64,000 nucleotides of DNA. Source: Octopus vulgaris (Eukaryota). Below are positions 51,590 to 64,000 of the stretch, in pieces. A program made the position numbers and the translations under genes. The notes under the pieces are model-generated. The model searched no databases, was not told the DNA's origin, and saw only the letters and a program-made list of their open reading frames with translations. Each line of letters starts with the position of its first letter. The stretch's first letter is position 1. The stretch lies in contig OX597820.1 in NCBI GenBank assembly GCA_951406725.2, positions 126,232,001 through 126,296,000 on the forward strand. Reading direction: 5' to 3'.

Positions 51590-54299
51590 GTGTGCATGAG
51601 TGTGTGTGTGTGTATGCATGTATATCTTATCTGTGTGTGTGTGGGTGGGTGTTTTCCTGGTGTCAATCTTGTTTTTCTTTATATATATATATATATATAT
51701 ATCACTATTTCCTACAGATATTTCATACGTTCTTAATTAAGTGTCGGTCTGTCTACTTTAATGTGCGCGCACGTGCGTGATGGTGGTGGGGACAGAAAGA
51801 GAGAGACAGACAGATAGACAGAAAGATAAACAAACGGAGACAATGAGAGACAACAAAAAAAAGAATTTTCTTGCAAATATATAAATAACCATATCTATGT
51901 GTGTAGAGACACAGATGAACTATTTCTCTTTGTGTATCTTCCCACACATGACTGTGGTTGTTATAGTCGTTACAGAATTGGCAATGTGCGATGGGTTGGC
52001 AGAAATGGTAGAGAATCATGTCAATTGCTTTGCAGTATTTCGCTGCTTTCCTTTTCGTTTTGAGTTCAAAACCAGTCACCTTTCCTTTTCATTCTTCTTA
52101 GATCGGGTTCCAGTGACAAACTGTGAACTGTTAACAGTTTTTCTTTGCATTCCGACAATCTTTCAATTTGCTAACTATGTACTGTGATAATCTAAATTGT
52201 CATTTGCTCGTAATAAGGCGGCGAGCTGTCAGAGTCGTTAGCATGACGGACAAAATGCTTCCATCCGGCTCTTTACGTTTCGGGTTCAAATGCCGACGAG
52301 GTCGACTTTACCTAGCATCCTTTCGGGATCGATAAAGTTAGTATCAGTTGTACACTAAGGATCGATGTAATCGATTATCCCACTCCTCAAATTTTCAGGC
52401 CTTGAGCCTTATGTAGAAAGGAATATTTACTCGTGATATTTGTACTATTTTTATGAGGCTCAGGGCTGATTATTTGAATTAGTCTTTTCTATATTGTTGG
52501 TTATAATATATTAATGCTCTCTGCGCTCTCATATAACTGCAGTTGAGCCAGATAGATTTGAAACATTTTTTCACCCAATTTATAAATAACAAATTAAATA
52601 AAAGATGTCAGTCTATGAGTTTCAACATAAATGTGTCTGCTCTTACAATCAAAAGTTACCTGCACAAGCAATTACCACTATTTCATACCATTACAATCAA
52701 ATTTACGGCCACTATTTGATCCCTCCACATCTCATAACTCAGTTATCACAATTATTCTCTTACCTCGACTACCGCTGTTATCTTTATATCAAATACCTCC
52801 ATATCGCATACTTTTATTACAATTACCACATGTACCTACATATCACACGCCTCCACTATCCCAGGTACCTTCATGCCCCGCGCCTCCCTAATTACAAGTA
52901 CCTCCATACAAGTACCTCTACTACACATTCACCACTATCTCACACCGCCGTTATAATTACTACCTTTATTACGTACCTCCTCCACCACAATTACCTCCAT
53001 ATTACATATGGTACCACTACCTCGTATCCCAACTATCAATTTCCTCCGTGTCACATACACCTCCTATCATAATTATCACCGATACAACGCACCTGGATTA
53101 TCTGTTACCTCCGTATTACATCACCCAACTAGCACAGTTACCACTGCTATCACAGTCGCCTCCAAACTCCATAAATATCAGAATTACCCTCACCCTATCA
53201 TAATCACGTCCACTATTACAGTTCCCTCTATTTCATTAGCCAAAAAAGGTTGTATCTATATTTTATTGTAGGGTGAAAGTTGTACCTCAGCTTTATTATT
53301 CTTATTATATTAGTTTCTTTGTCAAAGCTCTTTCGTCACACATCCCGTGGCCTCTTCGGCGATTCTTTATCCTGCGTGTTTCCTCTTGTTCTGCTTTTTC
53401 CATTTTGTCTCAACAAGAGGAGACACGTGGGATATGTGACGAGAGAGTTGTACCATTCGTGTCTTTCTCATCGGGAGCTTAGTTCTTGATCTGCTATACA
53501 TTAATTTACAATAAATAGAGGAACTTATAAGGGGTCCTCGAACTCCTAGAAATAGTAACTAAATTTCCCTCAAATTTCTTTCTCCCAACCTAAACCTGTA
53601 AAAAGAAAGGGCATATTGTGTAATGTAGTCTTAGATAAAACGTAATTGCAACAAAAAAAAAAGAGATTAGTCACGGTTGGAATGATTTTGATCAAAGTTG
53701 TATTTGATACTGAATGACACGCAGAGAAAGAAAATCGTATATTGAACATGAATTCTGTTTTATAGAGAACACAAAGCAAATTGTAAACGCAGTCACCATT
53801 TCAGTTTAGTTAACTTCGCTTTGTATTTAGTGTCCTTTAGTGTTTGTTTGTTTGTTAGCCAGTCTGGTCACAATATAACATGTGTTTTAACAATATTATT
53901 ATATTTTTCCCTCTCTCTTTCTCTTGTTTCCATTAAAGACAATCATTAATTTGTCTTCCGCTGTTCTTGATGTTTCTTTGAAAACTTTCTCCAGTTGCAT
54001 TACACACCTGTTAGCGACTTTAGTTTAGAAACAAATCTTTGAAGAATAATTAGACTTTGTGCTTTTGCTTCTGCCGCCCAATATCAAAAACAAAAATCTA
54101 TAAATAAGAAATAAATTCCGACTTCTTTTTTTTTTAAACGAATTGTCTGTAATGATAACGAATCAAAGACACATTTTTCTCTGTAATTGAGAGTTGCGTG
54201 TTTCCTGTCATGAAAAGACTCAATCAACAGAAGCCAATTTAGCTGTCACTTGATGGCCACTTGATGGCTTTAAACACAACCAAATAAACTAAAAGCAAA

Positions 54300-55340
54300 A
54301 CAATTGATTACTGATTAAACTGCACTCCAACCAATTGGCTGAAAAATAATCATGATTAAGCTAACACCCAGTTGACTGAGATATGTCATTGATGTTGATT
54401 AAGCTGCACTCAAATCAACTGGCTTCAATGCATTACTGATAAATTTTTACTCATATCAATTAAATTAGAGGCATCACTGATTAGGGTGCACTCATTTTTC
54501 TTCCTTTTCTTTTTCTTTTTTTTTTCTTTTGAACCAATTAACTAAAACAACATTAATGTTTTAGTTACCAAAACAACGATGTTTTAGTCACATTCAAACC
54601 AATTGGCAGACTTACATTACTGATTAAGCTGCACTCGAACAAATTGGATGGGATACATTAATACTTAAACTGTATGTACCCCAACTAGTTGACAAACATG
54701 TATTAATAAATAAGCTCTCAAAACTATTTAGCTGAGGTGCATTTCTAATTAAATTGCACTCGAATTGGTTATAATTCACCAACGAAAGCACTTCTGTTTG
54801 AGCCACATTCAAGTTAGTTGAGTGTAGTTAGCTAGGAGTTAATAGGTAAAAAAAAACACAGTCATTGAAATAATAATCAATTCACTAGAAGTTACTAACA
54901 AAGCAAGCTGTATATTCAAACTTTCACTAAAATAAGTTCCCTCAAAATTTACTACCTACAACAAATTCGTTATAGATTTTACATATATGCTTACTTATGT
55001 ATTTTATATAATCTTTGATGAACTATAGCGCCGTTACTTACAAGTTTCCAGCAGGACAATCAATTGTTCACTGCATTCCAGACGGTGAGACAGTGTCTGG
55101 AATCTAATACCCTAATTTGCTTCAGATCCGATAGCTAACACACTATTGATTTGGTTTCACTGAAATCAATTAGCTGGTATCCACTGGCTAAATACTGATT
55201 AAGCAGTATTTAAGTCTCTCGGTTGAAATTAGATGACTGAAATATTACTAAACTCGGCATAAAGCAATTAGCTAAGATTTAATAGTTAATATACTACAGA
55301 TTAAGCAGCTGGAAGTTATTGACAAAGCAAGCTATATTCG
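54300..55340. repeat. Degenerate ~40-42-bp minisatellite (consensus near tgattaagctgcactcaaaccaattggctgaaa.catta)
   Basis: Recurrent tgattaa(g/a)ctgcactc at ~54312, 54396, 54478, 54621 and weaker units between and after. Confidence 0.7.
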
Positions 55341-56756
55341 AGACAATAACCAATACTCTATAGCTTCAAGATAATGCGATGAAAAGGGAAAAATTTACAA
55401 TGACTGACAGTGGATACGTAGCATAGATATTCTTGTTTATTTTCTGCTGGAATTAGAATCAGACGTCTTAGTGCGAGTCAGATATTTATTAAATAAGTGA
55501 AATTTTATAAATTAAATTACACCTTCATTGTCATAATAAATTCTTTAAATGAGCGAAAAGTTGATTGCTACCATTAATAATCTGAGCCAAAGGAGGACTT
55601 TGTTTGTTTGTTTGTTTTTCTACTGGATTGTCTTCATACGCCACGACTGATCTATAAACGTTTAAACTGAACATTAACCATATTTATCGGATGCAACTGC
55701 TCTGAGTTCGATTTCAATGACAGCATGTAGAAGCTATGAGCAGTCTTCAGACTGGTAGTGAGAAGCTCTAGAAAGAACTGAACATCAGAAGTTCTTCCAA
55801 TTATACGAGAGTTTCAACCCTTAACTCTCAAGACCCGGACTGACCCTCTCAAGGCTGGACTGCATCTAGGTCATGACTCCTGGATACTCTTTTAACCTGC
55901 AACTTCCTCAGTGATCAAGGTACTCCGGAACCAAGGTATTTTAGGTGTCTGAGACACCTGCTAAACGTAAAGGAAGTTATTATGTCTCAACTTGACTTTC
56001 ATTTTTCCTTGACAAGATCCATTTGGAAATCTTTGCAGCTTTGGGCTTAAGGCAACGCCAACATTATATTAAGAACAAAAAAGTAGAATATAAAATGATA
56101 AAGAGCGGGCTGCTTCAACCGATTTTATCGATTTTGAAACAATTAAATTCCACTGCTGTGTACGTCCCAATGATAATTCCAATACACAGTTATAAAACCG
56201 TTTTTCTTTTGTTTTGTTTTGCTTGTTTGCGTTTTCTGAACTGCATATGTCGTTTATTTCTGTGAATGAGAGACAAGTACTCCTCTGGACAGGCCACTAG
56301 TATGCTACAGATAGCTATGATGAATTAATATTTATGCTAGGTTTCACCGTACAATTCGCCAAATTTTATAACATTAGGGCTCTTTAAGGGGGCGGGGAGA
56401 TATTTTACTCTGTAGTACCTATGTAAACCCCCGTGACGTCCGCAAGTGAGAGCTAAATGCGTTGGTAATATCTGAACGGTGTACACCTAATGGAAAGTAT
56501 ACCCCTGACCTCTCACTCGGATATCTTGTGCTTAATCCTTTGATTAATCCACCTGCGTCATTAGCGCATAGTTATTTATTCGTTTGTTTGTTTTTTGTTT
56601 TTGTTTGCAGCATGAAGTTTACAACAAATAAAGAAGTATTGAGTTCTAAGTAAAATAAATAATAAACAAATTAACCAATAAATATAATTTAAACTACCAT
56701 ATTAGTACTTAAATTATTATCAAAATTTTATATTCAGAACTTCATTTTGCATTTTT

Positions 56757-56786
<30 letters not shown>

Positions 56787-56790
<4 letters not shown>

Positions 56791-57089
56791 CGTGACCGAC
56801 CAGGATATCAGATGTTACTACACATCGCTGGTCACAATGCACTTCGCATTGTTTTAGCCTTCAAATGACGCCATCCCGCTGGCTAACCGAGCAGGCCAAC
56901 AGAAGAAAAAGTGAGAGAAATCTGTAGCGAAAGAAGAGTAGAGCAGGGATTGCCCCTACCTCCTGCCGGAGCCTCGTGGAGCTTTAGGTGTTTTCGCTCA
57001 ATAAACACTCACAACGCCCGGTCTGGGAATCGAAACCGCGATCCTACGACCGCGAGTCCGCTGCCCTAACCACTGGGCCATTGCGCCTC
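56787..57089 (-). mobile_element. tRNA-derived SINE (core A, tail Z) inserted in a (TA)n tract
   Basis: 56905-57089 closely matches 760-941; 56787-56895 unrelated to tails X and Y. Confidence 0.88.
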
Positions 57090-57497
57090 GATATATATAT
57101 ATATGTGTGTGTATATATATATATATATGATTATTATTATTATTATTATAATTATTATTAATTACGTAGGGCACTGTTTGGAAAGGACGATCTATGTTTC
57201 CCAGATCAGTTCTTGCTGTATCAAATTTTCTATATGAGGAGTTTGCTACTTTGTGCAATAATCACAAAGCCTGCCATCAACCACCACCACCTCAACCACG
57301 CCGCCATCGTTGTAATTCTCCCGTTACTGTTGCGGACATTATCTGTAGTTAAGAACACCTCTTTAGTAGAGAAGTGACTACTTCTAGGGTCGTGTGCACA
57401 TCCTATTTGGTTAAGACACCAACAACAATCAACAAATGACTACTGACACGATAATACGTACATACATGCAAGAATGCATACATACATGCACACCTGC

Positions 57498-57528
<31 letters not shown>

Positions 57529-57680
57529 CACATAATTAGATACGCATATGCACACATACACTTAAATTGTAACACAAACACGACACACATGCACTCAGCC
57601 ACGCGTATTGTACAGTCACACACACACTTTTGCGAGGCTGTGGATTCCATATGTTTTTACAGGTGAAAGAGGGGGCGTGT

Positions 57681-57747
<67 letters not shown>

Positions 57748-59591
57748 AGGAAAGAAAGAAAGAAAGAAAAGATGCAATAAAGTGTTCCACGCTAAATAAG
57801 ATTATAAAATCCGATTTTGAAATATGTAAACCAAAATGCCGAGATGAACTACATAAACGAACGCCCAGTAAGCTGCTAGTTAGGGAAAGTTAACGGTGAT
57901 TTGTATAATCAACAATTTCCTTTCAGACTTTCTGCTTTAGTTCTGCTTCTGTGTTTTTGCTTTCCTTTTGTTGTTGCTCTTTTTTTTGTTTGTTTGTTTG
58001 TTCTCATATTCTTTTCCTTTGCTCTTCTATGTATTTCTTATCGCCATTACTTTGCTATTCAAGATATAAGTGACGTCAACGATGACGTCAATAGAGCTAT
58101 ATGAAAAGAGCGATAGAGCCGACTGGCTGTCAGTCAAACAGACAGATATTGACAGGGAGAAGGTGGGAGAGAGTAAGAATGCGTCGTATAAATGAGAGAG
58201 GGAGGGGAGAGAGAGAGAGAGAGAGAGAAAGAAAGAAAGAAAGTAAATGCGGATTAAGTTGCAGAATGAAACGGATTGGCTGAGAGTGAGAGACAGGGAA
58301 AGAGAGAAATGTATGTGCGTGTATAAATATATATACATACACACACACACAAATATTCGTTGACACATACACACATACTTACACGCACATGTACATACAC
58401 GTACATATTATATATTTGTAGTGAGTGGGGAAAGAAACAGAGCGAAAGGTTTATACAGCAAGATAGTTTTGCGGTGTGTGTGAAGCGGAGAAGCGAGGGA
58501 AGAGAGAAAAGAGAAAAGATGACATGAGTGTGAGAGTGTGTAAGAGAGAGAGAGAGAGAAAAAAATCGAGAGAGAGAGCGAATAACGAGAGAGGAGGGGT
58601 GAGAGAGAAAAGCAAGCGAGAAAATCTGTTAGGAAACATTGATATAATATTATGCCCCAGCATGGCCACAACTCGTGAGCTGAAACTAGATAAAATATTT
58701 TAAAAAAATAAAATATCTCAAATTTCGTTGGAGGGCCCTAGCTTATTTGTATCAAACCCATTACTCTCAAAAACGAAGGAACATTTACCTGGTCCCTCGA
58801 TCTGCTAAGGAAGGAGTCATATCTCCCTCAAATCAAACATTATTTCTTTGGGGAAAAAAAGGCATATTGGATGATCGGTCCTAAACATACTTTAAAACAG
58901 GTGGCATGGTCTTGGCTGGAATGCTCTTCATCATAGGCCTGCACAGTTTAAGCAACCCGAGACGAAACAAAGATACCAAACAAACGGTACTTTATTTTTC
59001 CGACCCCTAGGATGCAGAATGTCGCCTGACATTTTGTCCGTATGTCTCTGGCGATCAAAAATAATTGCTTCCAAATAAGTCATAAGGTTTATAATTTTAG
59101 ATGGAAAGGGGATCACTCATTCCCAAAGACCCCAATACCTCGTGAGTTACATTATTGACCCGGGAAGAATAAAAGGCAAAGTTGCCCCTAATGAAATCTG
59201 AGCCCAGAAGGTAAAGAGCTGGAACAAAACTGCAAGACATATTCCCGACTCCATTTATGATATTGCCAACCCACAGCACTAACCACAATACCGCAGATTT
59301 AGGGGTCTTAACTCAGTACCACTTTGATCTTTATTTTACTCTCCCCAAAAGATTGAAAGGTGAAATCAAATTAGGTGAGATTTTCAATTTAGAAGATAAG
59401 GATTCGCAAACTAAATAATCCAATATACTTCGTCTCTCGTTTCTGTCAGTTCCAGAGGAGTTGACGGGCTGAACTGTTCAGGCGACGAACAAATGTTCAA
59501 AGGTTCTTTAACTTCTGAATTTAAACCTCATCGAAATCCTGATTTATTTATTATATTTTCCCGCTAAAATGAGATGCAAAGCCGACATTGA

Positions 59592-59830
59592 CATACATAC
59601 ATACAAAATGGCTGCCCCCTCGTTATCGAGTATGGCCATTGCACGCAGCGTAACTGTTATTGGTGCTGTGATCGAATGTGACTTTTTAGCCCAGCTAAAG
59701 ATCTACAATGTCTTGTACAAAATTGGCAGCTAAAACCTTTACCGGTAATAGCCGGCTGTAGTTGTATCCGGGCTTCCTGTACCTTTGCGTGTCGTTTAAG
59801 TCCTCCTGCCGAATTACACTCTCTTCCACA
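59592..59830 (-). mobile_element. 5'-truncated RTE-type LINE: ORF C-terminal zinc knuckle, short 3' UTR, (TATG)n tail
   Basis: CGRECNSAGGLKRHAK...FSCQFCTRHCRSLAGLKSHIRSQHQ* fits the C-x2-C-x3-C-x-S-x2-GL-x-SH-x-R pattern at the end of RTE-clade ORFs. Confidence 0.75.
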
Positions 59831-60011
59831 TCCATCCATCCATCCATCCATCCATCCATCCATCCATCCATACATACATACATACATACATACATACAAG
59901 CATATATGTATGCAAGCCACGTATATATATTGAAATGATGCGACCAAATAATGAGTAGTGAGGATGAGAGGCAATTTTTCAACATTTTCAGCTGTCATCG
60001 CATATTCATAA

Positions 60012-60133
60012 TCCTCTCTCTCTCTCTTTCACCCTATCATTACTCTCTTTCTCTCTCTCTCACCCTATCATTACTCTCTTTCTCTCTCTCTCTCACCCTA
60101 TCATTACTTTCTCTCTCTCTCTCATCCTATCAT

Positions 60134-60172
<39 letters not shown>

Positions 60173-60182
60173 TATCATTACT

Positions 60183-60190
<8 letters not shown>
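60012..60190. repeat. Compound tandem repeat (ct)n-caccctatcattact, about 5 units
   Basis: Directly visible. Confidence 0.85.
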
Positions 60191-60226
<36 letters not shown>

Positions 60227-60450
60227 ACTCCTCTTTCTTCCTGCTTTTGTCTTTTTTTCTTTTTAGCACAGAACCAGAATTCTGAGTTGAATTATCAATG
60301 TTTTGCTTCCTCTGTTATAGTTTGTCAGAATTTGACAAACTGATTGCTGTGTGTAGTATTAGTATAGCTTAGCAAGGAAAATATATGAATGCATAAATGT
60401 TCTAGAAGGAAAAAATTAAAAGAAATCATCATCATTAATATTATTATTAC

Positions 60451-61008
60451 TGAGTGAGAGAGCATTGCATGCCATCAAAGAGACACTGATGTACAAAATA
60501 TACGAAGGTCATTATACCGATCATGACTACTCGCCTGATTAGGGTATACCAGGCACGTGTATCACAACCATATGAGCGCAACATGTCGATCTCATATCAA
60601 GATAAACATCGCATGACCTTGCAGGTGAGGCTTATTTAGAATTTTCTTCAGGTTGAGTAGGCTATCCCGCTCAAAAGGTAACTGAATAAGATTTGTTCAA
60701 GGATGATGAACGAAACACCCATGTTTCCAAAGGGGAGTTATTCAGACCCTAAAGAATTCCTCTTAACACATGTCTATGATGCTTCCCCACTACTCCTGCT
60801 CATGATCAAAGATGCTTATATCGTCAGACACTAAGGGACAAGCACAATCGGTGAATGTTAAGCAACTGACAAGCCAATCTGTGGTATTGAGCAGAATATT
60901 TGCTGTAGCTCATCTTTTATAACAAGACAAAACATGTACATGTTAACACTTCCAATCAGTCAAGATCAGAAGCCATGAAAGCCACTGCCTGGCATTGCAT
61001 CAGGGCAT
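60451..61008 (-). mobile_element. ~550-bp retroposon copy 1 (older) with (AAT)n tail
   Basis: Collinear over its full length with 61287-61826; flanked by (att)n. Confidence 0.8.
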
Positions 61009-61048
61009 TTATTATTATTATTGGTGGTGGTGTTATTAAAAAGAATAA

Positions 61049-61131
<83 letters not shown>

Positions 61132-61286
61132 CATCATATGTTTGGCTTTTGCTTTGTATTTGTACAAATTGACTCTTAGTCTCTCCCAGAGCCCTCAAGA
61201 AACAGCAAACTGAAGGTTCAACTTGGTGTCATGACTAGGGTGCCATATTTGGTTTTTCAGTGTATCATTATTATTATTATTATTAT

Positions 61287-61825
61287 TGAGTGAGAGAGCA
61301 GTTCATGCCATCAAAGTGACACTGGGGTAAAATATACGGAGCCCAATATACCCATCATGACTACCCGTCTGATAAGGGTACACCAGGCACATGCATCACA
61401 ACCATATGTGCGCGACATGGTGATCTCATATCAAGATAAACAGCACATGACCTTGCAGGTGGGGCCCAGTTAGAATTTTCTTCAGGTTGAGTAGCCCATC
61501 CCGCTCAAAAGGTCCCTGAATAAGGGTTGTTTAAGGATGTTGAACGAAACACCCATGTTTCCAGAGGTGAAATATTCAAACCCCAAAGAATCCCTCTCAA
61601 CACATCGCTATGATGCTCCCCCACTACTTCTGCTCGTGATCAGAGATGCACATATCGTCAGCCACTAAGGGACATGCTCAACTGGTTAAGGCCAAACAAC
61701 TGACAAGCAAATCTGTGGTATTGAGCAGAATATTTGCTGTAGCCCATCTTTTATACCAAGACAAAACAATGTACATGATAACACTTCCAATTAGTTAAGA
61801 TCAGAAGCCATGAGAGCCACTGCCT

Positions 61826-61826
<1 letters not shown>
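61287..61826 (-). mobile_element. ~540-bp retroposon copy 2 with (AAT)n tail
   Basis: Collinear with 60451-61008; embedded in (att)n on both sides. Confidence 0.8.
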
Positions 61827-61880
<54 letters not shown>

Positions 61881-62146
61881 CATTATTGGATTCTGCTGAT
61901 AGGTTGCATGTTATGGCTGATGTGTGTATATGTCCGTTATATATTAAGCTTGTTACATACATATTGTTCGCAACCAGGTGGACATTATGCTCAGCAGTCT
62001 GCGTGAGAACTAAGATACTCAGTAATGCTCATTGCAATCATTCCAGTCAAGTAACTGACGCAGCACATGATCGTACATTAACCTTCACAGTGTGGCAAAC
62101 ACTTCTACATAGATGCATCCATCTACATAGACAGACTCTTCTTGGT

Positions 62147-62188
<42 letters not shown>

Positions 62189-62874
62189 GGGGGAATAAAA
62201 GGGAAAGAAAGGGAGTAAGAAAGAAAAGGAGAAAGTGCGGCTTGAAAGAGAGAGGATTCTGTGATGAAAGCAAAGATAGAAATACACGGGATGGGGCGCA
62301 GCGTTGGATGACAGCAAGCAAAGAGTGAGCTCGCATATGGGGGGGGAGGAGGAAAGAGAAGAAAGAGTGGACAAAGAGGGAAGGTGAGAGGGAAATGTGG
62401 CAAAAGGAGAGACAAAATGCTAGGAAACATAACCATATCTGTTGAGGTAAAAGCATGTATATATTTGGAATTTGACTCTTGTAGCATTCATTGCCTGCTT
62501 GATCGTTTCAAGAACGTTATGTACGTATATATGTAGATGTCACTTTGTGTATCATGTATGCATGTATACAGCAAAATGTGCTGGGTAGGCTACTGAGAGG
62601 GAGTGGAATGGGAGTGGGGGTAAAAAGAAGAGATTTTCTCAAGTTGGGGGGTGGGATAATTAAGCAACGGGTGAGGGTGAAAGTGAAATGCTAGGAAAGT
62701 GTGATGAGGGCAGATGTTCAGGGTCAAGATAAAAATACACGCGTCTAGGTGTATATAGTGACAGGTAGTAAGACACGAAGTAGAAAAGAGCCTCATTCTC
62801 GTGGAAATGCATGCATGTATATATATGTATTTATATAGACGCATATAAATACCTATCAAACCATATTTCTGTGT

Positions 62875-63022
<148 letters not shown>

Positions 63023-63282
63023 GCCAGAAGGCATTATACATACATGCCAAACGCTAAGAGGGACAATTAGTCATTTCTACCAAAAATATTACTAATCCCA
63101 CCGAATATTTTCAAAGTAAGACATTTAAAAAAATATAGACCTGTATCACAGTGATCATATATGGCCTTTGGCATGTATGTATAATATATGTATAATGCCC
63201 TCTATATATAAATTAATATGTTCAATATAATATTTTATATGAGGTTTTTACGCTATACCTGACAATTTCTTATATATATATG

Positions 63283-63417
<135 letters not shown>

Positions 63418-63752
63418 CATATATATAAACATACATACGCGCGCGCACACATACACAAATCATATGCATTTATACATGTGCATATACATATACCGATATG
63501 TACATATACATTCACATATTCAGGCATATAATACAAATGCATATGTATAAGCATAATACATGCGTATTACATATACGTAAATCCATGTATATAAAACACA
63601 TATACATATATGTGTATGTACAAATATATAACAAATATATATGTGTATGCACAAATATATATGTCTGTGTATGTATAAATATATAACAAATGTGTGTGTA
63701 TAAATGTGTGTGTGCGTCGACAGCACTGCGTGCGGATTTGAGCTAGCGAGAT

Positions 63753-63783
<31 letters not shown>

Positions 63784-64000
63784 ATGTACTTTACCCTGCA
63801 GACACACAGCTACTCACTGCGCTAGTTCTAACTATCTCACCTGAAAGTATTTGATTTCAACCAAATAAGCAGCCAGGTGAACAAAACATATCTTAAACGC
63901 AACGCATACACGTATCTATTTCATGGTACTTCGGTAATTGGGAAGAGAGACCTATTTCTGAAACATAGTTTGCAGGTGCGAATAAGGGGTATGAATAAGG

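Noticed and set aside
59657-59830. Host C2H2 zinc-finger gene
   Set aside because: Followed by a short UTR and (TATG)n tail shared with another repeat and truncated into microsatellite; fits an RTE-type LINE end.
61243-61252. Perfect CArG box CCATATTTGG
   Set aside because: Lies within a retroposon fragment far from the candidate promoters; a single motif is not evidence of function.

Overview
AT-rich, microsatellite- and SINE-dense eukaryotic DNA. The repeat landscape and protein suggest a mollusc, probably an octopus (inference, not checked by search). The window holds one protein-coding gene, a minus-strand invertebrate troponin T, reconstructed by hand as 19 GT-AG exons from ATG at 38012 to TAA at 1721 (1209 nt, 402 aa with all exons included). 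Its most unusual feature is a run of nine frame-preserving phase-2/phase-2 microexons (15-30 nt) across about 20 kb, encoding an acidic, Thr/Pro-rich N-terminal variable region. The ORF track does not annotate them as exons. At least five belong to two paralogue groups made by tandem duplication of exon plus flanking intron (three ETVEE-type, two [E/D]TTEV-type), and no junction combination can create a stop. The rest is intronic or upstream DNA: modular tRNA-derived SINEs (several with TSDs), a non-autonomous Helitron, a mariner relic, an RTE-type LINE 3' end with a related derivative, retroposon ends stacked in an (AAT)n tract, hairpins, and mini/microsatellites. Nearly all ORF-track entries are spurious translations of simple repeats.
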